DNA of 64,000 nucleotides, taken from assembly GCA_030390025.1 (NCBI GenBank), contig CM059448.1:17050001-17114000 (forward strand), written 5' to 3'. The translations under genes and the position numbers were made by a program. This DNA comes from Squalus acanthias (lineage: Eukaryota). Below, piece by piece: positions 61,624 through 64,000 of this stretch (positions are counted from its first letter, which is position 1; each line of letters begins with the position of its first letter). The notes under the pieces are model-generated. The model ran no database searches and was not told the origin of the DNA. It saw only the letters and a list, made by a program, of their open reading frames with translations.

Positions 61624-62224
61624 GTAAACACTGGCTCCGAATGGATAATTATGGGTAATTGCTGATAATTACTGTTTCAGTTGGCTCATCTTAATCATGC
61701 TGTCCAAATAAATGAATTTCCGATTAGCCATCAGCTTCAACGAATTGAATCCTTGCTAAAGTAAATCCGCAGTACAGATGGTGATATTTTCCCAGTTCTG
61801 GTTACTACGCATAGCCCTGCTTTACGTGTGTTTACTGCCCGCTGTTTTGATCGGATATTCAGAGGTTTTTGTTTTTTAAAGACTCTTTTAAAAAGGCCCT
61901 TTTAGGATCCAGCGACGTTGGGGAGTGCTGCTTTAATGCTTCAGCAAGGCTGAAAATCAAAACTGCACACCAGCACCTAAGTGAAACTGTTTGTCTTGCC
62001 TATGCATTCGCACAGACCTTCAATCTAAGTGGCTGCTTAAGTAGAGCCTGTGGAACTGGCCAAGCATTTCTTAAAATTTAAGTGCTGCATTAGTCCTGCA
62101 AAATCTAACACCCTAAGCCCTTTTTTTTTTTTACTTTTTGTGATCTTAAGAATTGATGGATTTGAGAATCTTTGTGGGATAATGAGTCAGTGGCTGTTAT
62201 TTTTCATGGGATTATGAATTTGGC

Positions 62225-62345
62225 CCCAGTTCTTGTACCTGTGGTACCTGGGTTTGAATATGGCCTGGACTGATGGGCTGAAAGTCTCCTTTCTGACCAC
62301 TGTAAAGGCCTCATGTGAAATTAGTTTGGATAATCTCGACCCAGT
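62225..62345 (+). mobile_element. LF-SINE-like fragment
   Basis: gggtttgaat B-box-like, gatgggctgaaagtctcc, ggcctcatgtgaaattagtttgg resembling recalled LF-SINE ggcctatgtgaaatgagttgg. Confidence 0.5.
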
Positions 62346-63599
62346 ATCTATTGAATGGAGGTCTACATCAGAAAATTGTCCATAATATTACAGTACACTG
62401 AATGGCAATGTCGCAGAGAGACCATAAGGATAGCTGATGTGCGAAACAGAAATATCTCCGTGATGTACCCGACATTAAAGAACTGTCATTTTGGTGCTGC
62501 ATCTGATCTGCACTACATCAGAGCTGGGAGTAATCAATGTGACATAAGATGCCAAAAGAATTCCAATATTTCAACACTAATGTCTTTCGCTTTGAACATA
62601 AAACCTCTTTAAAATTAAAAGACCAGGATCCTGTGAATATACCCTGCACACTCGTGTATAAGACAACTCCAAATTCCATCCAACCCCCCCCCCCCCCCCC
62701 CCCCCACCGGCCAAAAAAAAAATCCATAGCCATTGTATAAGAGTTAATATTACAACCTTCCCAGCCATCAAAATTGTCACCTTCATTGGTGCCACAATAC
62801 ATTTTCTCTGTTTCTTTTCACCCAGCACACTCCTATCCGCTGTGATGTTTAAAAGGAAGCTTTCCCTGCTGACTTCAGTCCTGATGCACGCTGTTGATTT
62901 TAAATCTCTGCTGCCTCTATCTGTCCTGCTGAGCTGACTCGGATTGTAAATCAGAAGTGGGAGCTTGGACTGGACTCCGGAGGGAAAGTTGCCATTTAAA
63001 TATATCATCGTGCTGGAAGAAAGAACAGAGCGGAGCAGCAGTTGATAGGAATGCTGCTGGGTTGACATGTATAAGATGTACCCCATCTCCACTTTTAACC
63101 GTTATTCATGGGTATATACAGTAGATGTTGACTCACTGCCTCCCACATTATGACTGATTACGTTTACATTTCCAAACAGCTATGATTTATTTCAAAAGTC
63201 TGTTGTTCCTGTTTGATATTTTCTTGGGATAATTTCCTGGGATATCTGACTGGATGTTTTGATGAAGGTTGTTAGAATCCGCTCCCCCACCCCGTGGTAC
63301 TACCATTTGAGTAAATATTGACTCCGAAACCATTCCACTGAGCTCAACAAACATATCTGCCTTTTAACCTGGGCACCTACAGTAAATGTTGCATTTAACT
63401 ACTTCAGAAGCCCGACAGTAACATCAATACTCGTTCAACATTCAATGGAAAAAAAACGGATGACATCTGTTTTTGTAAGGAGCAGCTTTGCAGCTTAGAG
63501 GCTGCTCTGCCGTCATGAACATGGGCTGCAAGAGCCTGGGCTGGGTTAGAACGTTCTGTTGCCATGTTCAGATGCACTCATTGTCCTGTACATTCACAG

Positions 63600-63697
63600 G
63601 GATACAAGTACCTGTACCTCACACCTCAGGACTATAAGAAGGTCAGTGCACTGAACTCTGTGCACTGTGAACATGTTGAGGATGGAGGAGAGTCAAG
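63600..63697 (+). CDS. ACACA: ACACA coding exon, [32 protein letters not shown](R)
   Basis: ttcacag acceptor, AG|gtatgt donor, 98 nt, phase 0-2; gene continues beyond the window. Confidence 0.97.
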
Positions 63698-64000
63698 GTA
63701 TGTAATAAGCAGCATGTGGCATTGTAGTCGCTAAGCCTGCATTGACGCGTAATGTTTGGTAAAAGCGTGAAATTTTTCCACTTGAACTGTGAAAAAGCAT
63801 CCAGTACAATTTAGATGATGCTCCTCCAAATGTGGATAGTGTCTGGAGAGAGTATTTTGAGCTGTGTAGGGGATGAAGTACTGTTGGTTGCAGATCTGTC
63901 TCTTATTGATGGGAGTAATTTGAGATGCTGAATTAAGACCATCACAACAGTGGATTGTATAATCGAAGAGTGTTAGCCATATTGTGCCTCTTGCTAGAGC

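Noticed and set aside
515-63697. Alternative assignment as ACACB
   Set aside because: GNIPTLNR microexon, SPTF motif and DFRKQxNYEVDRRFH exon are ACC1 features as recalled; a phylogeny would confirm

Overview
Eukaryotic vertebrate genomic DNA, very probably a shark or other cartilaginous fish, judged from HE1-type V-SINE, SacSINE1-type DeuSINE, CR1, L2, RTE, Penelope and Harbinger repeats recognised from memory. The whole window lies inside one plus-strand gene, acetyl-CoA carboxylase 1 (ACACA). I traced 16 consecutive GT-AG coding exons (1973 nt, about 657 codons, no stop, consistent phases) covering the central domain and the start of the carboxyltransferase domain. They include a 24-nt microexon (GNIPTLNR) just before the RMSF phosphosite, a 45-nt exon (DFRKQCNYEVDRRFH) and the SPTF BRCT-binding motif, all typical of ACACA rather than ACACB. 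The introns hold layered transposons. Highlights: (1) five Penelope-like terminal repeats with minimal hammerhead ribozyme cores in four insertions, each flanked by a 10-16 bp direct repeat, one an inverted two-ribozyme structure; (2) a two-ORF Harbinger fossil nested in a CR1 and itself hit by a younger CR1; (3) four hAT MITEs with 8-bp TSDs; (4) an old, abundant SINE I cannot name that hosts five other element types; (5) LF-SINE-like fragments; (6) a candidate poison exon in the repeat-poor zone before the microexon. Exon coordinates were counted base by base. Most repeat boundaries are approximate. Family names and comparisons with mammalian proteins come from recall, not database searches.
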